NCBI GenBank assembly: GCA_900320365.1
Contig: ONSC01000007.1
Coordinates: forward strand, 1,477 to 65,476
Reading direction: 5' to 3'
DNA: 64,000 nucleotides
DNA from: an uncultured Bacteroidales bacterium
GTDB lineage: Bacteria > Bacteroidota > Bacteroidia > Bacteroidales > UBA932
This document shows, piece by piece, positions 46,442 to 56,121 of the stretch. Numbering within the stretch: position 1 is the first letter of the stretch; each line of letters opens with the position of its first letter. The notes beneath the pieces were generated by a model that was not told where the DNA came from, did not search any database, and was given only the letters and a program-made list of their open reading frames with translations. A program made the position numbers and the translations under genes.

Positions 46442-48250
46442 ATGAGAAAGATCTTAATGAGCTCGTTTCTGGCAGTGGCATGCCTTCTCTCCTTCCAGAT
46501 TCTCATGGCAGGGAGAACCATTCCCGAGCCATGCGCCCATCCCAGACTCGTGCTGAGGGCGGGAGAGGAGAATGCCGTCAAGGAAGCTGTCGGAAAAGGT
46601 GGGATCATGGCTGAAGCATATTCCTACATCAAGGTATTCTCCGACAATCTCCTTGCAGAACCACCTCTGGAGCGTATAATGACCGGACGTCGGCTGCTGA
46701 GTGTCTCCCGCCAGGCACTCAAAAGGGTGTTCTACCTCTCCACAATGTACAGGTTGGAAGGAGATAAGAAGTATTCAGACCGGGCGGTGAGCGAGATGCT
46801 CGCGCTCTGCCATTTCAGCGACTGGAACCCCTCTCATTTCCTGGATGTCGGTGAGATGACGATGGCGGTCTCGATAGGATACGACTGGTTGCACGATGTC
46901 ATGAGTGAGGCCGAAAGGGCTGAGATTCGTGAATCTATCCTGAGCAAAGGATTACGCACCTCGGAAGGACAATGGTTCTTCACTTCCAACAACAATTGGA
47001 ATCAAGTCTGCAACGCCGGAATGGTCTACGGCGCCCTGGCGATATACGATGACATTCCGGAAGAGGCCACGGCGATGATATCCAAATGCCTGGATTCCAA
47101 TCCCATAAGCTTGGCCAGTTACTCTGAGGAGGGCTGCTATCCGGAGGGTTACGGCTACTGGGCATACGGCACATCTTTCCAGGTCATGTTGATCTCGGCT
47201 CTTGAGAGCGCCTTCGGCAGCGACCTCGGACTCATGGACGGACAGGAGAGATTCTATAATTCCTCTCGGTTCATCAGTATGATGAGCACCCCCATGCACA
47301 ATGTTTTCAGCTATTTCGACGGCGGAAGAAGACAGAATTTCCAGCACATCCAGGCATGGATGGCGACAAAGACAAAAGACCTTTCCGTTTTATACCCCGA
47401 GCTCACTTTCCATTCTGATCGGGGGCTCATCATGCACGACGAGGATAGGCTGTTCCCCATGTTCCTGATCGCCGGACGCTTGATAGATTTCAATGCGATT
47501 CCGAAGCCTGAGGACAATTTCTACATTTGCTCAGGCCTTGAGCCTATGTTCATCTACAGGAGCGGATGGGACAACAAGAACGACACCTATCTGGCCGTCA
47601 AAGGCGGTCGAGCGGCAGACAATCACGGTCATATTGACACCGGGTCATTCTTTTTCGAAAGTGATGGGGTGAGCTGGGCGATTGATCTCGGCAGCCAGAA
47701 TTACAACTCGCTTGAGACCCGGGGAGTAAACCTGTGGGCGATGGATCAGGAAAGCCAGCGATGGGATGTTTTCAGGATTGGGGCGGAGTCACATAACATC
47801 CTGACCGTCAAGGGGAAAAGACCGATTGTCGATACAAGGATTCCTATCCGTGATGTTTGGAAGAAGAAGTCCAAGAAAGGCTGCGGGCTGCCCATGACCT
47901 CTTTCTATGGCGGTGATCTCGACTCCTGCTACAGAAAGGTCTATCTCGACAAGAAAGACAATCTCCATGTCGAGGATTTCTTCATCGGTGGCGAGACCAA
48001 GCAGAACCTTTTCTGGACCATGTGCACCGAGGCTGAGGCGCGGATTCTCGGTCCCGCGACGATAGAACTGAAAAAAGATGGTAAGACCAGGATATTGAGA
48101 TTATCCACAAAGCATTACGCCAGCCCACGCATATGGCCCACGGCTCCACGGCACGACTACGACGCCGACAATCCCGGAACCTGCCTCGTAGGCTTTGAGA
48201 TCAAGAACGTCCAGCCCCACGAGAAAGTCTCCATTAAGGTGACATTATAA
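46442..48250 (+). CDS. heparinase II/III-like family protein (secreted)
   Basis: 602 aa with signal peptide. ...HPRLVLRAGEE..., SDWNPSHFLDVGEMT, WNQVCNAGMVYGALAIYD, ...NHGHIDTGSFFFESDGVSWAIDLG are typical of the alginate-lyase-like N-domain plus the heparinase II/III C-domain. Confidence 0.75.
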   Translation: MRKILMSSFLAVACLLSFQILMAGRTIPEPCAHPRLVLRAGEENAVKEAVGKGGIMAEAYSYIKVFSDNLLAEPPLERIMTGRRLLSVSRQALKRVFYLSTMYRLEGDKKYSDRAVSEMLALCHFSDWNPSHFLDVGEMTMAVSIGYDWLHDVMSEAERAEIRESILSKGLRTSEGQWFFTSNNNWNQVCNAGMVYGALAIYDDIPEEATAMISKCLDSNPISLASYSEEGCYPEGYGYWAYGTSFQVMLISALESAFGSDLGLMDGQERFYNSSRFISMMSTPMHNVFSYFDGGRRQNFQHIQAWMATKTKDLSVLYPELTFHSDRGLIMHDEDRLFPMFLIAGRLIDFNAIPKPEDNFYICSGLEPMFIYRSGWDNKNDTYLAVKGGRAADNHGHIDTGSFFFESDGVSWAIDLGSQNYNSLETRGVNLWAMDQESQRWDVFRIGAESHNILTVKGKRPIVDTRIPIRDVWKKKSKKGCGLPMTSFYGGDLDSCYRKVYLDKKDNLHVEDFFIGGETKQNLFWTMCTEAEARILGPATIELKKDGKTRILRLSTKHYASPRIWPTAPRHDYDADNPGTCLVGFEIKNVQPHEKVSIKVTL

Positions 48251-48826
48251 CATCCCCGAATCTTCGAAGAGCCGGCGGTAAACGTCGGCTTTTTTCTGTA
48301 TCGGGAGGGGGTATGCCCGGGAGGTGGAGGGCATGCGATAAAGACGCATATTCCTTCCCTCAAAACTAAACTCTGAATAATCTCCTACAGCCGGAGCCTC
48401 TGTCCCGAAAGCCTCGCAAAGTGTTTGGGCCGCCTTTTCTCCGGTGACCACAACCGCCTCACAGAGCGGTATTCTACGCAGAAGCGCAGGAATGTCAGTA
48501 GGTTCCACAACTTCCAGAAACTTGTCGGAAGCGTTGTCCTTGAGCCGACGCACTGCTGTGGCGGTGTCGAACATCGCTATTCCCTTCTCTGAGCAGAACT
48601 CCTTGATTTCCTGGAGCTTGAACTTCTTGGCGTGGATGTCCACGAACCTGTCCCGGTCGTCAAAGAACAATATCCCGATAATCCTCCAGAAATCATTGAT
48701 GAAATTCGGGTAATAGAACTCCATGCTCCAGCGCTTGGGCTGAGGAGGGAAACTCCCCAGCATCAGCACCTTAGCCCCTTCTGGCAAGAAAGGTTCAAAA
48801 GGATGTCGCTCGACAGGGATGTCCAT
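48245..48826 (-). CDS. uracil-DNA glycosylase superfamily protein (DNA-deoxyinosine glycosylase-like)
   Basis: 193 aa. VLMLGSFPPQPKRWSMEFYYPNFINDFWRIIG matches the family-6-type UDG N-terminal motif. Confidence 0.6.
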   Translation of the reverse strand: MDIPVERHPFEPFLPEGAKVLMLGSFPPQPKRWSMEFYYPNFINDFWRIIGILFFDDRDRFVDIHAKKFKLQEIKEFCSEKGIAMFDTATAVRRLKDNASDKFLEVVEPTDIPALLRRIPLCEAVVVTGEKAAQTLCEAFGTEAPAVGDYSEFSFEGRNMRLYRMPSTSRAYPLPIQKKADVYRRLFEDSGML

Positions 48827-48828
48827 CG

Positions 48829-49950
48829 TCAGGCCTTAAGGAATATTCCCTTCTTGTACATGAGCATCATGATGAGGAAGAGAATCGTGACGTTGCCCAA
48901 GGTGATGATCAGTTGATAATAGTCTCCGGTCAGATGGGAGAACCCATGGAGCAGGGACTTGCTGACGGAAGAGAAATTGATTACCTCTCCGATGCAGTAA
49001 GCCGCTATAGAGTTCATACCGAAGAACTTCAACCAATTCAAGCCTTTGCTCTTGCCCCACACATCAACAATCAGGTAGACTAAAGCCAGTGCCAAGCTAC
49101 AGAAACCTGCCGAATACAGAGTCATTGAACTGCTCCAGATCTTTTTTATGCAAGGGAACCAAGAGTCAAGAGCGATGCCGAGGATGATAAGTGATACTCC
49201 GGTTGCCGCGAGCACATATCCCCTCATCGCTTTTCTCCATGTCTCATCTTTCAGGATGCTGCCAGCATAACAGCCTAACATCACGGTAACGATGAAATTG
49301 AGACTACTGAGGATCCAAGTGTATTGATATCCCTCGTTCCATGCCCAGGTCCCGTCAGGGTTCCAAATCACCCCGTCGCGGTGGGATCCCAGCACAGCCT
49401 TGTCGATCACCATCGCGATATTCCCTTGCGGATCTAGATTCATGTGCCCGAAAATGACAAACACGAGGATATACAAAAGGAAACATGCCGTGCCGAATAT
49501 CCAACTCCCTTTCTTGCCTAAATAAACGAACGCCAAGGCGGCGAAAACATAGCCGACTGCGATGGCTTGAAGCGTGTTCGCGAACGGGTGGAACACTTTG
49601 AAATCGAGATTCAGCAGATTTCCTTGCACGATCCAGCCCAAGAAGAACAACAGAGCGAAGCGCTTTAAAAGCTTTAGATGGAACGCCTTACCTGGCTTCT
49701 CCCCTTCCCTGTATTTAGCCATGGAGAACGGGATGGTCGCCCCTGACATGAACATGAACAAGGGCATTATTATATCCCAAAGCACAAAACCTTCCCAAGA
49801 GACATGGGTGACCTGGTGGCGGACCCCATCCCACGCGGGAGACTGGTTGATACTCAAGAAAGTATGGATAAGCGGGCCTGCGACGAGGAGAAGGAACAGG
49901 TCCATTCCACGAAGGATGTCGAGTGAGGCTAGTCTTTTCTTTGGGTCCAT
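48829..49950 (-). CDS. acyltransferase-like membrane protein (DUF5009 / heparan-alpha-glucosaminide N-acetyltransferase-like)
   Basis: 373 aa from ATG 49950. MDPKKRLASLDILRGMDLFLLL...WEGFVLWDIIMPLFMFMSG is the DUF1624/DUF5009 N-terminus, followed by about 10 TM segments. Confidence 0.65.
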   Translation of the reverse strand: MDPKKRLASLDILRGMDLFLLLVAGPLIHTFLSINQSPAWDGVRHQVTHVSWEGFVLWDIIMPLFMFMSGATIPFSMAKYREGEKPGKAFHLKLLKRFALLFFLGWIVQGNLLNLDFKVFHPFANTLQAIAVGYVFAALAFVYLGKKGSWIFGTACFLLYILVFVIFGHMNLDPQGNIAMVIDKAVLGSHRDGVIWNPDGTWAWNEGYQYTWILSSLNFIVTVMLGCYAGSILKDETWRKAMRGYVLAATGVSLIILGIALDSWFPCIKKIWSSSMTLYSAGFCSLALALVYLIVDVWGKSKGLNWLKFFGMNSIAAYCIGEVINFSSVSKSLLHGFSHLTGDYYQLIITLGNVTILFLIMMLMYKKGIFLKA

Positions 49951-49951
49951 T

Positions 49952-51352
49952 TTAATTGGCGGAATCAAACTCTTCAATAATCTTCTCAGCCTTTGCATAT
50001 CCGTCTGCAGGAGCTTTCCACATGATGGCGAAAACCAAGCAACCGAGAATACCGAACGCGATCGCCACGGCAAACACGGTGTTCCAACCGAAAGACTTGG
50101 CGATCATACCGAAAGCAAGTCCGGAAACAGTCGTGCTGGCGTAACCGAATATTCCGAGAATACCATTCGCGGATGCGGCGGCTCGCTTGGTCGCCTGGTT
50201 GGAAGCGGCTATTCCGGTGAGCGCCTGAGGACCGTAAATGAAGAAACTGGACATGATCAAGAAGAATATCGCCAAACCTGTGTTGGATTGCGGCATCCTC
50301 CAGAAAGCGAAGAAGCACAATGTAGCCATCACCATGAATATCAGACAAGTATGGTGCGCCTTACTCTTGAAGAAGCGGTCCGTCACCCATCCCGCCAGCA
50401 GGGTGCCGATGATGCCTCCGACTATCTCGGAAGCGGCAACGACATTCGCCGCAGTGGCAATCGGAAGCTGCTTATAATCAGTTAGGAACATAGATCCCCA
50501 GTCAAGGATCGTGAATCTTATGACATAGACGCAGAAATTGGAGACCGCGAGGATCCAAATCATCGGGTTTCGGAAAACCATCTTCTTCAGAAGCACCTTG
50601 TACAGGGCATGGGCATGCTCTGGGGTCTCAGTCTTCTCTTCGACAGGTTTTGATGTTATATGCTCGTCAAGAAGTTCCGGACTCGGAAGCCCAACATCTG
50701 ATGGGGAATTCTTCAGGCCGAAGAACAGGAGGAAACTGCCTGCGGCCGCGAGAATGGCGGGAATGAAGAAACACCACTGCCAAGCCTCATAGCCAAAACG
50801 CCCGAGGATGAATGTTCCGATCAGAACGGCCACAAGACCCGCTCCAATAGAGTGGGAGCTATTCCATACACTCTGCTTCGTGGCCAACTCGGAAGGCTTT
50901 ATCCAATGGGCCATAAGGCTGCCGCAAGGAGGATAGCCCATCCCTTGGGTAAAACCGTTGATAAGCCACAGGGAACCAATGAAATAGACCAAACCGACAG
51001 TGGCTTTTCCGCTGGCGTCCATATAATGGAACAGCCCGTTCATCTGGGGGCTGAGGCCTATTACGAAGTTCACTACCGCTGAGAGCAGAAGTCCCAGGCC
51101 CATAATGAATTTCTTCGAGCGTGCCCGATCGGAGATGAATCCGTTGATGAAGCGGGATATTCCATATACTATTCCATTGAGGGTCAAGAATATACCAAGC
51201 TGGGTCTCGTCAAGCCCGAGCTCTGATTTCAACGCCGGCATGGCGATGCTGAAATTCTTCCTCACGAAATAGAACAGCGCATAGCCGATCATCAATATGA
51301 TGAGCGTACGCCACTGCCAATAATTGTATTTTTTCTTAATGCTCTGGTCCAT
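49952..51352 (-). CDS. MFS transporter, organophosphate:Pi antiporter (GlpT/UhpC-like) family
   Basis: 466 aa. YWQWRTLIILMIGYALFYFVRKNFSIAMPAL...GISRFINGFISDR is the OPA-family N-terminal signature. 12 TM segments. Confidence 0.75.
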   Translation of the reverse strand: MDQSIKKKYNYWQWRTLIILMIGYALFYFVRKNFSIAMPALKSELGLDETQLGIFLTLNGIVYGISRFINGFISDRARSKKFIMGLGLLLSAVVNFVIGLSPQMNGLFHYMDASGKATVGLVYFIGSLWLINGFTQGMGYPPCGSLMAHWIKPSELATKQSVWNSSHSIGAGLVAVLIGTFILGRFGYEAWQWCFFIPAILAAAGSFLLFFGLKNSPSDVGLPSPELLDEHITSKPVEEKTETPEHAHALYKVLLKKMVFRNPMIWILAVSNFCVYVIRFTILDWGSMFLTDYKQLPIATAANVVAASEIVGGIIGTLLAGWVTDRFFKSKAHHTCLIFMVMATLCFFAFWRMPQSNTGLAIFFLIMSSFFIYGPQALTGIAASNQATKRAAASANGILGIFGYASTTVSGLAFGMIAKSFGWNTVFAVAIAFGILGCLVFAIMWKAPADGYAKAEKIIEEFDSAN

Positions 51353-51384
51353 ATCACAAATATAGTGAATTCAAGACATTTCAG

Positions 51385-52575
51385 TTATAGCCCAGGTTCT
51401 TCAAAATAATCCGCTATAGCGGCAGCGATGCTTGTTCCGAAGATTCTGGCAGACTCGGGGTTGACCTCCGTTCCTCTCGCATTGGCGAATGGAATCTCAA
51501 AACAGCAGCACACCTGCGCCCCTGGAGCGTTTATCCTTGCCCATTGGAGACTTGACAGTCCCTGGGCATAGTTCTGATTGGTGTTCCAGTTGGTTCCGAA
51601 GGGAATATTCCCTGACACTTGATAAGGCAATCCCCTCGCTTCTTTCTCGACAAGACTCAAGAAATGATCCTCCGCCTCCATATTCGGAGTTATGGCGGGG
51701 TCCCCGCGAGGACAGTAAACGTGCTCGTTATTCAGTTCTCCATATATCCAAGGACAGTGGAGGTCAAGGATTATCTCCGGACACTTTTCCTTCCACAGCT
51801 CTGTGAGAGCTTTTGTCTCAGGATAAAGGAACTCAGTGTAGTCCCTGTTATGGTCGTGAGGACGGCGGTTCTTACCCTGGTCACCATTCATTGCCCCATC
51901 ATAGTCCACGAAAGGCACAATGGTCAGTTCCACATTGTCCCTCAACCATTTACCAGCCTCATCATCAGCGAGGAAGCCTTTAACAATGCCCTCCATCACA
52001 TAAGAGGCCATAGTCTCGGAGCAATGATGACGGGCGGATATCACAACTTTATGCTCCGCCTTCCCGTCCCTTCTTCCGATAGTCGCTTGGGGAACATCCT
52101 TGCCCTCCCTGCTCTGACATAATACTCCCAAAGAGATGTCTTCCTTGTCTATTGAGCTGACAAAGCTGTTCCAGTCGGCCAAAAGATAGGGATGGCACTC
52201 GTAGAAATAAACGTCCTTGTCTTTTGGACCAAAGGTCCAAGTGAATGAATACCAGTACCTTGACTCGTTGCCGGCAAAGGAGAAAGTCTTTCCTTTGTCA
52301 AGAGAGACAACCGCTCCCCGCACTCCCACGCAAGCGAAAGGGAACTTGAACACGAGGGTCTTTCCCTGCGCCCCTTGAACCCTCATAGCCCAATAGAACC
52401 ATTCTCCCTCAGTGTCCCTGAGATCAGGCTTGACATAAACCGTGTCTCCTGACATTTTCTCCACAATGATGTTCCCGGCCGGAAGATTGTCATCGATACG
52501 GATTCCCCCTTTGCAGGAAACGAGGGAGAGAATTACTCCTAAAACAAGTGTTTTGGGGATTGTAACCGCTTTCAT
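51385..52575 (-). CDS. M14 carboxypeptidase-like lipoprotein
   Basis: Start at ATG 52575 (the ORF track begins at a TTG 4 codons upstream). Lipoprotein signal ...LSLVSC. HxxE zinc motif in SARHHCSETMASY, then NRDY and DLHCPW as downstream M14-like positions. The N-terminal beta-rich domain is of unknown type. Confidence 0.55.
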   Translation of the reverse strand: MKAVTIPKTLVLGVILSLVSCKGGIRIDDNLPAGNIIVEKMSGDTVYVKPDLRDTEGEWFYWAMRVQGAQGKTLVFKFPFACVGVRGAVVSLDKGKTFSFAGNESRYWYSFTWTFGPKDKDVYFYECHPYLLADWNSFVSSIDKEDISLGVLCQSREGKDVPQATIGRRDGKAEHKVVISARHHCSETMASYVMEGIVKGFLADDEAGKWLRDNVELTIVPFVDYDGAMNGDQGKNRRPHDHNRDYTEFLYPETKALTELWKEKCPEIILDLHCPWIYGELNNEHVYCPRGDPAITPNMEAEDHFLSLVEKEARGLPYQVSGNIPFGTNWNTNQNYAQGLSSLQWARINAPGAQVCCCFEIPFANARGTEVNPESARIFGTSIAAAIADYFEEPGL

Positions 52576-52672
52576 ATCGCCTATCAAATTGTATTAGTAC
52601 AAATATAAGAATTCGGAATCACATTCGATCACCTAAAATGACACCGTGGTTTCGACAACGCTGCGGAATTAG

Positions 52673-52680
52673 TATATTTG
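52673..52680 (+). promoter_or_regulatory. -7 box TATATTTG for the HAD hydrolase gene
   Basis: TATATTTG ends 8 nt before the ATG at 52689, implying a leaderless or very short leader. Confidence 0.4.
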
Positions 52681-52688
52681 CGATTAAT

Positions 52689-53540
52689 ATGAAAGAGAAC
52701 TACAATAAGACGCTGTCTGGGGAGCAACGTGAGCGGCTGCGCCACATCAGGCATCTGGCGCTTGACATGGATGGGACTATCTATATGGAGAACAATATAT
52801 TCCCATTCACCATACCGACGCTGGACGCTCTCAAGGCCGCTGGAGTTGGACATTCATTCCTGACAAACAACCCCACGAAGTCTGTCGGGGACTATGTCTC
52901 CAAGTTGGCCAAAATGGGCATTGAGTGCGCCTGGGAGGACATGTACACCACTCCTATAGCCACGATAGATTATATCAAGAAGACTTACCCGGAAGTCAAG
53001 AGACTGTTTATGCTCGGGACTCCTAGTATGAGGGCGCAGTTCGTGGAGGCTGGGTTCATTTCATGTGAGGACGATCCTGCAGACAAACCTGACATGCTGA
53101 TAGTCGCTTTCGACACGACATTGGTTTATTCAAGGCTCTGCAGGGCCGCTTGGTGGGCGAAGCAAGGAGTTCCCTACATCGCCACTAATCCTGATTGGGT
53201 CTGTCCGACTGACGCTGAAACCATCCTTGTGGATTGCGGTTCTCTCCAGAAATGCATCGAGGCAGCCACGGGACGAAAGCCCGACAAGGTTATGGGCAAG
53301 CCAGATCCCACGATGCTGGACGGCATCCGTGACCGCCATGGACTACGTCCTGATGAGATAGCTATGGTCGGGGACAGGATCTACACCGACATCGAGATGG
53401 GACGCCGGGCAGGTGCTGTCAGCGTGCTGGTCCTATCAGGTGAGACAACTCTTGAGACTGCTCTTGAGGCCGGGACGGCTGACTTTATCGTCAGGGATCT
53501 AGAAGAACTCGGAGACCTAATCCTCGAAAGCCGGAAATAG
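52689..53540 (+). CDS. HAD-IIA family sugar phosphatase (NagD-like)
   Basis: LALDMDGTIY (DxDGT nucleophile motif), FLTNNPTKS, ...MVGDRIYTDI. Confidence 0.8.
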   Translation: MKENYNKTLSGEQRERLRHIRHLALDMDGTIYMENNIFPFTIPTLDALKAAGVGHSFLTNNPTKSVGDYVSKLAKMGIECAWEDMYTTPIATIDYIKKTYPEVKRLFMLGTPSMRAQFVEAGFISCEDDPADKPDMLIVAFDTTLVYSRLCRAAWWAKQGVPYIATNPDWVCPTDAETILVDCGSLQKCIEAATGRKPDKVMGKPDPTMLDGIRDRHGLRPDEIAMVGDRIYTDIEMGRRAGAVSVLVLSGETTLETALEAGTADFIVRDLEELGDLILESRK

Positions 53541-53546
53541 TTGTAA

Positions 53547-54125
53547 ATGAAGATATTATTCATACATGGCCTTGCATCTTCGGGCGCATACAAGATGGCC
53601 TCTTCCCTACGGATTCTACTCAAAGGGAGTGAGGTTCTTGCCCCTGACGTGCCGATAGAGCCTTCAGACGCTTTGGCCATGCTTGAAGGAATATGCTCAA
53701 GTGAGAGACCGGACCTGATTGTGGGACACTCTCTTGGCGGTTTTTGGGCACAGAAACTCAGGGGCTTCCGCAAGGTGCTTGTCAATCCTGATTTTCACGT
53801 CTCCCGCCTTCTGAGAAGCAAAATCGGAGTAATGGAATATCTTTCTCCACGGCGGGACGGCGCTTTGTCATTCGAGATCACGGAGGAGATTTGTCAAGGT
53901 TATGAAGCGTTGGAAGCCGTTCAGTTTGAGGGCCTTGATAATTCAGAAATCGCCCTTACAACCGGGTTGTTCGCCGACCATGACGAGATGGTTGACTGCT
54001 TCGACGAATTCAATTCGCACTATCCCTGCAGAGGGCACCGCTATCCAGGGACCCATCTCCCTAACTATCCGCAGATAAAACAGTATTTCCTTCCAGTAAT
54101 TCTCGATGAGATATCTTCTGAATAA
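53547..54125 (+). CDS. YqiA/YcfP-like alpha/beta hydrolase (esterase)
   Basis: 192 aa. MKILFIHGLASSG...LIVGHSLGGFWA contains the GxSxG nucleophile elbow. Confidence 0.65.
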   Translation: MKILFIHGLASSGAYKMASSLRILLKGSEVLAPDVPIEPSDALAMLEGICSSERPDLIVGHSLGGFWAQKLRGFRKVLVNPDFHVSRLLRSKIGVMEYLSPRRDGALSFEITEEICQGYEALEAVQFEGLDNSEIALTTGLFADHDEMVDCFDEFNSHYPCRGHRYPGTHLPNYPQIKQYFLPVILDEISSE

Positions 54126-55086
54126 CTCCACTGATCCGTATTTCAATATGGCTTTGGACGAGTTCTGTCTCGAGAATCTCGTCCTTGAAGAGCCGTATTT
54201 TTACCTCTGGAGAAACCGGCCTTCGGTCATTATCGGGCTCAACCAGAACGCATATTCAGAAGTTAATTTGGGATACTTGAACGCGAACGGGATCACTCTG
54301 GCAAGGCGAGTCACAGGCGGCGGCGCTGTCTATCACGACCTCCAGAACCTGAATTACACCATCGTCGCCCCCCTTCCCTGTCATCCTGAGCGAAGCGAAG
54401 GATCTACTCCTGCCCCGATCGTCGACGCTCTCCGCCAACTGGGAGTACCGGCCGAGCTGACCGGAAGGAACGACATATTCGTCGAAGGCCGTAAGGTATC
54501 CGGCTATGCTAGAAGAGTTTCCAAGCGGCAGGAGATTATCCACGGGACCCTTATGTACGATGTCGACCTGGATACATTGACGCATGTGCTGGACACTCCG
54601 GAGTCAAAACTGAACGCCAAAGGAATCGGCTCTGTAAAAAGCAGAGTCGCGAACTTGAAGGACTATCTTCCGGGATTCAAGTCTTTGGATGAGGTACAGG
54701 CCGCCTTGCAAGACATTCTGGCGGATGGAAATCATCAGATGGAACTAACTGAATCTCAGCTCAATGAAGTAAGGATAATGGCCGAAACCAAGTTCTACAC
54801 TTGGGACTTCATCTATGGCCGTTCCCGTCAGACCGACCTTGTACGAAGCGCTAAACTTCCCTGCGGAACTGTCGAGGCCGCGATCAGCTTGGACCGTGGC
54901 CTCATTACTGACATTTCCTTCAGGGGTGACTTCATGTTTGACGAACCGGCAACGGAATTGGAATCGAAGCTGATCGGTTGCCGCTTCGAATATGACGCCC
55001 TCGCTTCCGTACTCGGTAAAACCGACGTTTCCCGCTTTTTCCGAGACACCAATTCATCTGATCTCCTCGACTTAATATTAACCTGA
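54106..55086 (+). CDS. lplA: lipoate--protein ligase
   Basis: 326 aa. YFNMALDEFCLE..., LWRNRPSVIIGLNQN, RRVTGGGAVYHD, GRNDIFVEGRKVSGYA, HGTLMYDVDL are LplA motifs. It lies close to the 2-oxoacid dehydrogenase operon. Confidence 0.9.
   Translation: MRYLLNNSTDPYFNMALDEFCLENLVLEEPYFYLWRNRPSVIIGLNQNAYSEVNLGYLNANGITLARRVTGGGAVYHDLQNLNYTIVAPLPCHPERSEGSTPAPIVDALRQLGVPAELTGRNDIFVEGRKVSGYARRVSKRQEIIHGTLMYDVDLDTLTHVLDTPESKLNAKGIGSVKSRVANLKDYLPGFKSLDEVQAALQDILADGNHQMELTESQLNEVRIMAETKFYTWDFIYGRSRQTDLVRSAKLPCGTVEAAISLDRGLITDISFRGDFMFDEPATELESKLIGCRFEYDALASVLGKTDVSRFFRDTNSSDLLDLILT
54380..54405. repeat. short dispersed repeat GTCATCCTGAGCGAAGCGAAGGATCT inside lplA
   Basis: Reverse-complement match to 21758-21783 (differing at 2 positions), with an exact 13-nt core also present in the E2-gene element. 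It encodes CHPERSEGS in a variable LplA loop. Confidence 0.6.
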
Positions 55087-55183
55087 TCTTTTCCCAACCT
55101 TTCAGGCCGCTTTTCCGTCTAACATATTGAACCGCCCAAATGGCGGGAATAGTTAATCATTAATCAAAACAGGAAAGACCATT

Positions 55184-55639
55184 ATGGAAGACATTATTCT
55201 CCCGATTTTTATGTGCGTAGTGATGCCGGTCGCGATCGTCTGGCTGGTGATGAGGGCAAAACAGAATGAGACGAACAAAATGGCCGAGATAATGCTAAAG
55301 GCAATCGAGGCAGGCATACCCTTAGACCCCGACTTCTTTAAGACACAAACTCGGACCCTGCAAAAGAGCCTCAAGGAAAGGCAACTTGGCTGGTTGACCG
55401 CTGCTTGTATTCTGATCGCTTTGGGGCTTGGCTCTATTCTGGTCGGAGCTATTATCATCCTGATAAACAATTGGACATACGATACCGCTCCGACAGCATA
55501 TTCGTTGTTAACCTTCGCAGGCGGACTCGTGCTTGTGATCGGGATAGCGCTTCTGGTAGTTTACTTTATCAGGAAAAGGATTCTCGCAAAGGAGCTCGAA
55601 GCCGAGAGAGAAGCAATGGAAGCGTCCATGGAGAAATGA
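55184..55639 (+). CDS. small membrane protein upstream of the ECF sigma factor
   Basis: 151 aa with 3 hydrophobic helices. Its stop overlaps the sigma-factor ATG (ATGA). No family recognised with confidence. Confidence 0.5.
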   Translation: MEDIILPIFMCVVMPVAIVWLVMRAKQNETNKMAEIMLKAIEAGIPLDPDFFKTQTRTLQKSLKERQLGWLTAACILIALGLGSILVGAIIILINNWTYDTAPTAYSLLTFAGGLVLVIGIALLVVYFIRKRILAKELEAEREAMEASMEK

Positions 55640-56121
55640 CCGAGGAACGGTTCATCGACCTTGTCAGAGTTGAGCAGGAACCCCTGAGACGGTTTCTGCT
55701 TGCTTTGTGTGGCGGTGATTCCGCCCTGGCCGATGATCTGGCACAAGACGCCATCACTCGGGCATATGTGGCGTCAGGATCATATCTTGGACTATCTTCT
55801 TTCCGCACCTGGCTTTTCAGGATAGCCTACAACTGCTATGTTGACTATAGCAGGAAGAAACACCCGGAACTGGTCCCGATAGATGGAAAAGACACGTGGA
55901 ATCTTCCCGCTGAGGAAACATCTGACGCCGCTTTCCGTTACCAACAAATCAATCAAGCGCTTGAACGGCTCCCCGAAAAGGAGAAAGCCGTCATCATCTT
56001 GTTTTATTTCGAAGATAGGAGCATCAAGGAAACAGCATCTATCTTAGGTATCCCTTCGGGAACCGTCAAGTATCACCTGTCGATGGGAAGGGCCCATCTT
56101 AAAGAACTGATAAGTCTATGA
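55636..56121 (+). CDS. ECF-type RNA polymerase sigma-70 family factor
   Basis: 161 aa from ATG 55636. Region 2 DDLAQDAITRAY...FRTWLFRIAYNCYVDYSRK, and region 4 EKEKAVIILFYFEDRSIKETASILGIPSGTVKYHLSMGRAHLK. Confidence 0.85.
   Translation: MTEERFIDLVRVEQEPLRRFLLALCGGDSALADDLAQDAITRAYVASGSYLGLSSFRTWLFRIAYNCYVDYSRKKHPELVPIDGKDTWNLPAEETSDAAFRYQQINQALERLPEKEKAVIILFYFEDRSIKETASILGIPSGTVKYHLSMGRAHLKELISL

Noticed and set aside
55153-55470. 105-aa minus-strand ORF overlapping the small membrane protein gene upstream of the ECF sigma factor.
   Set aside because: The plus-strand ORF is translationally coupled (ATGA overlap) to the sigma gene and has cleaner TM helices. The minus-strand ORF has no partner or promoter context.
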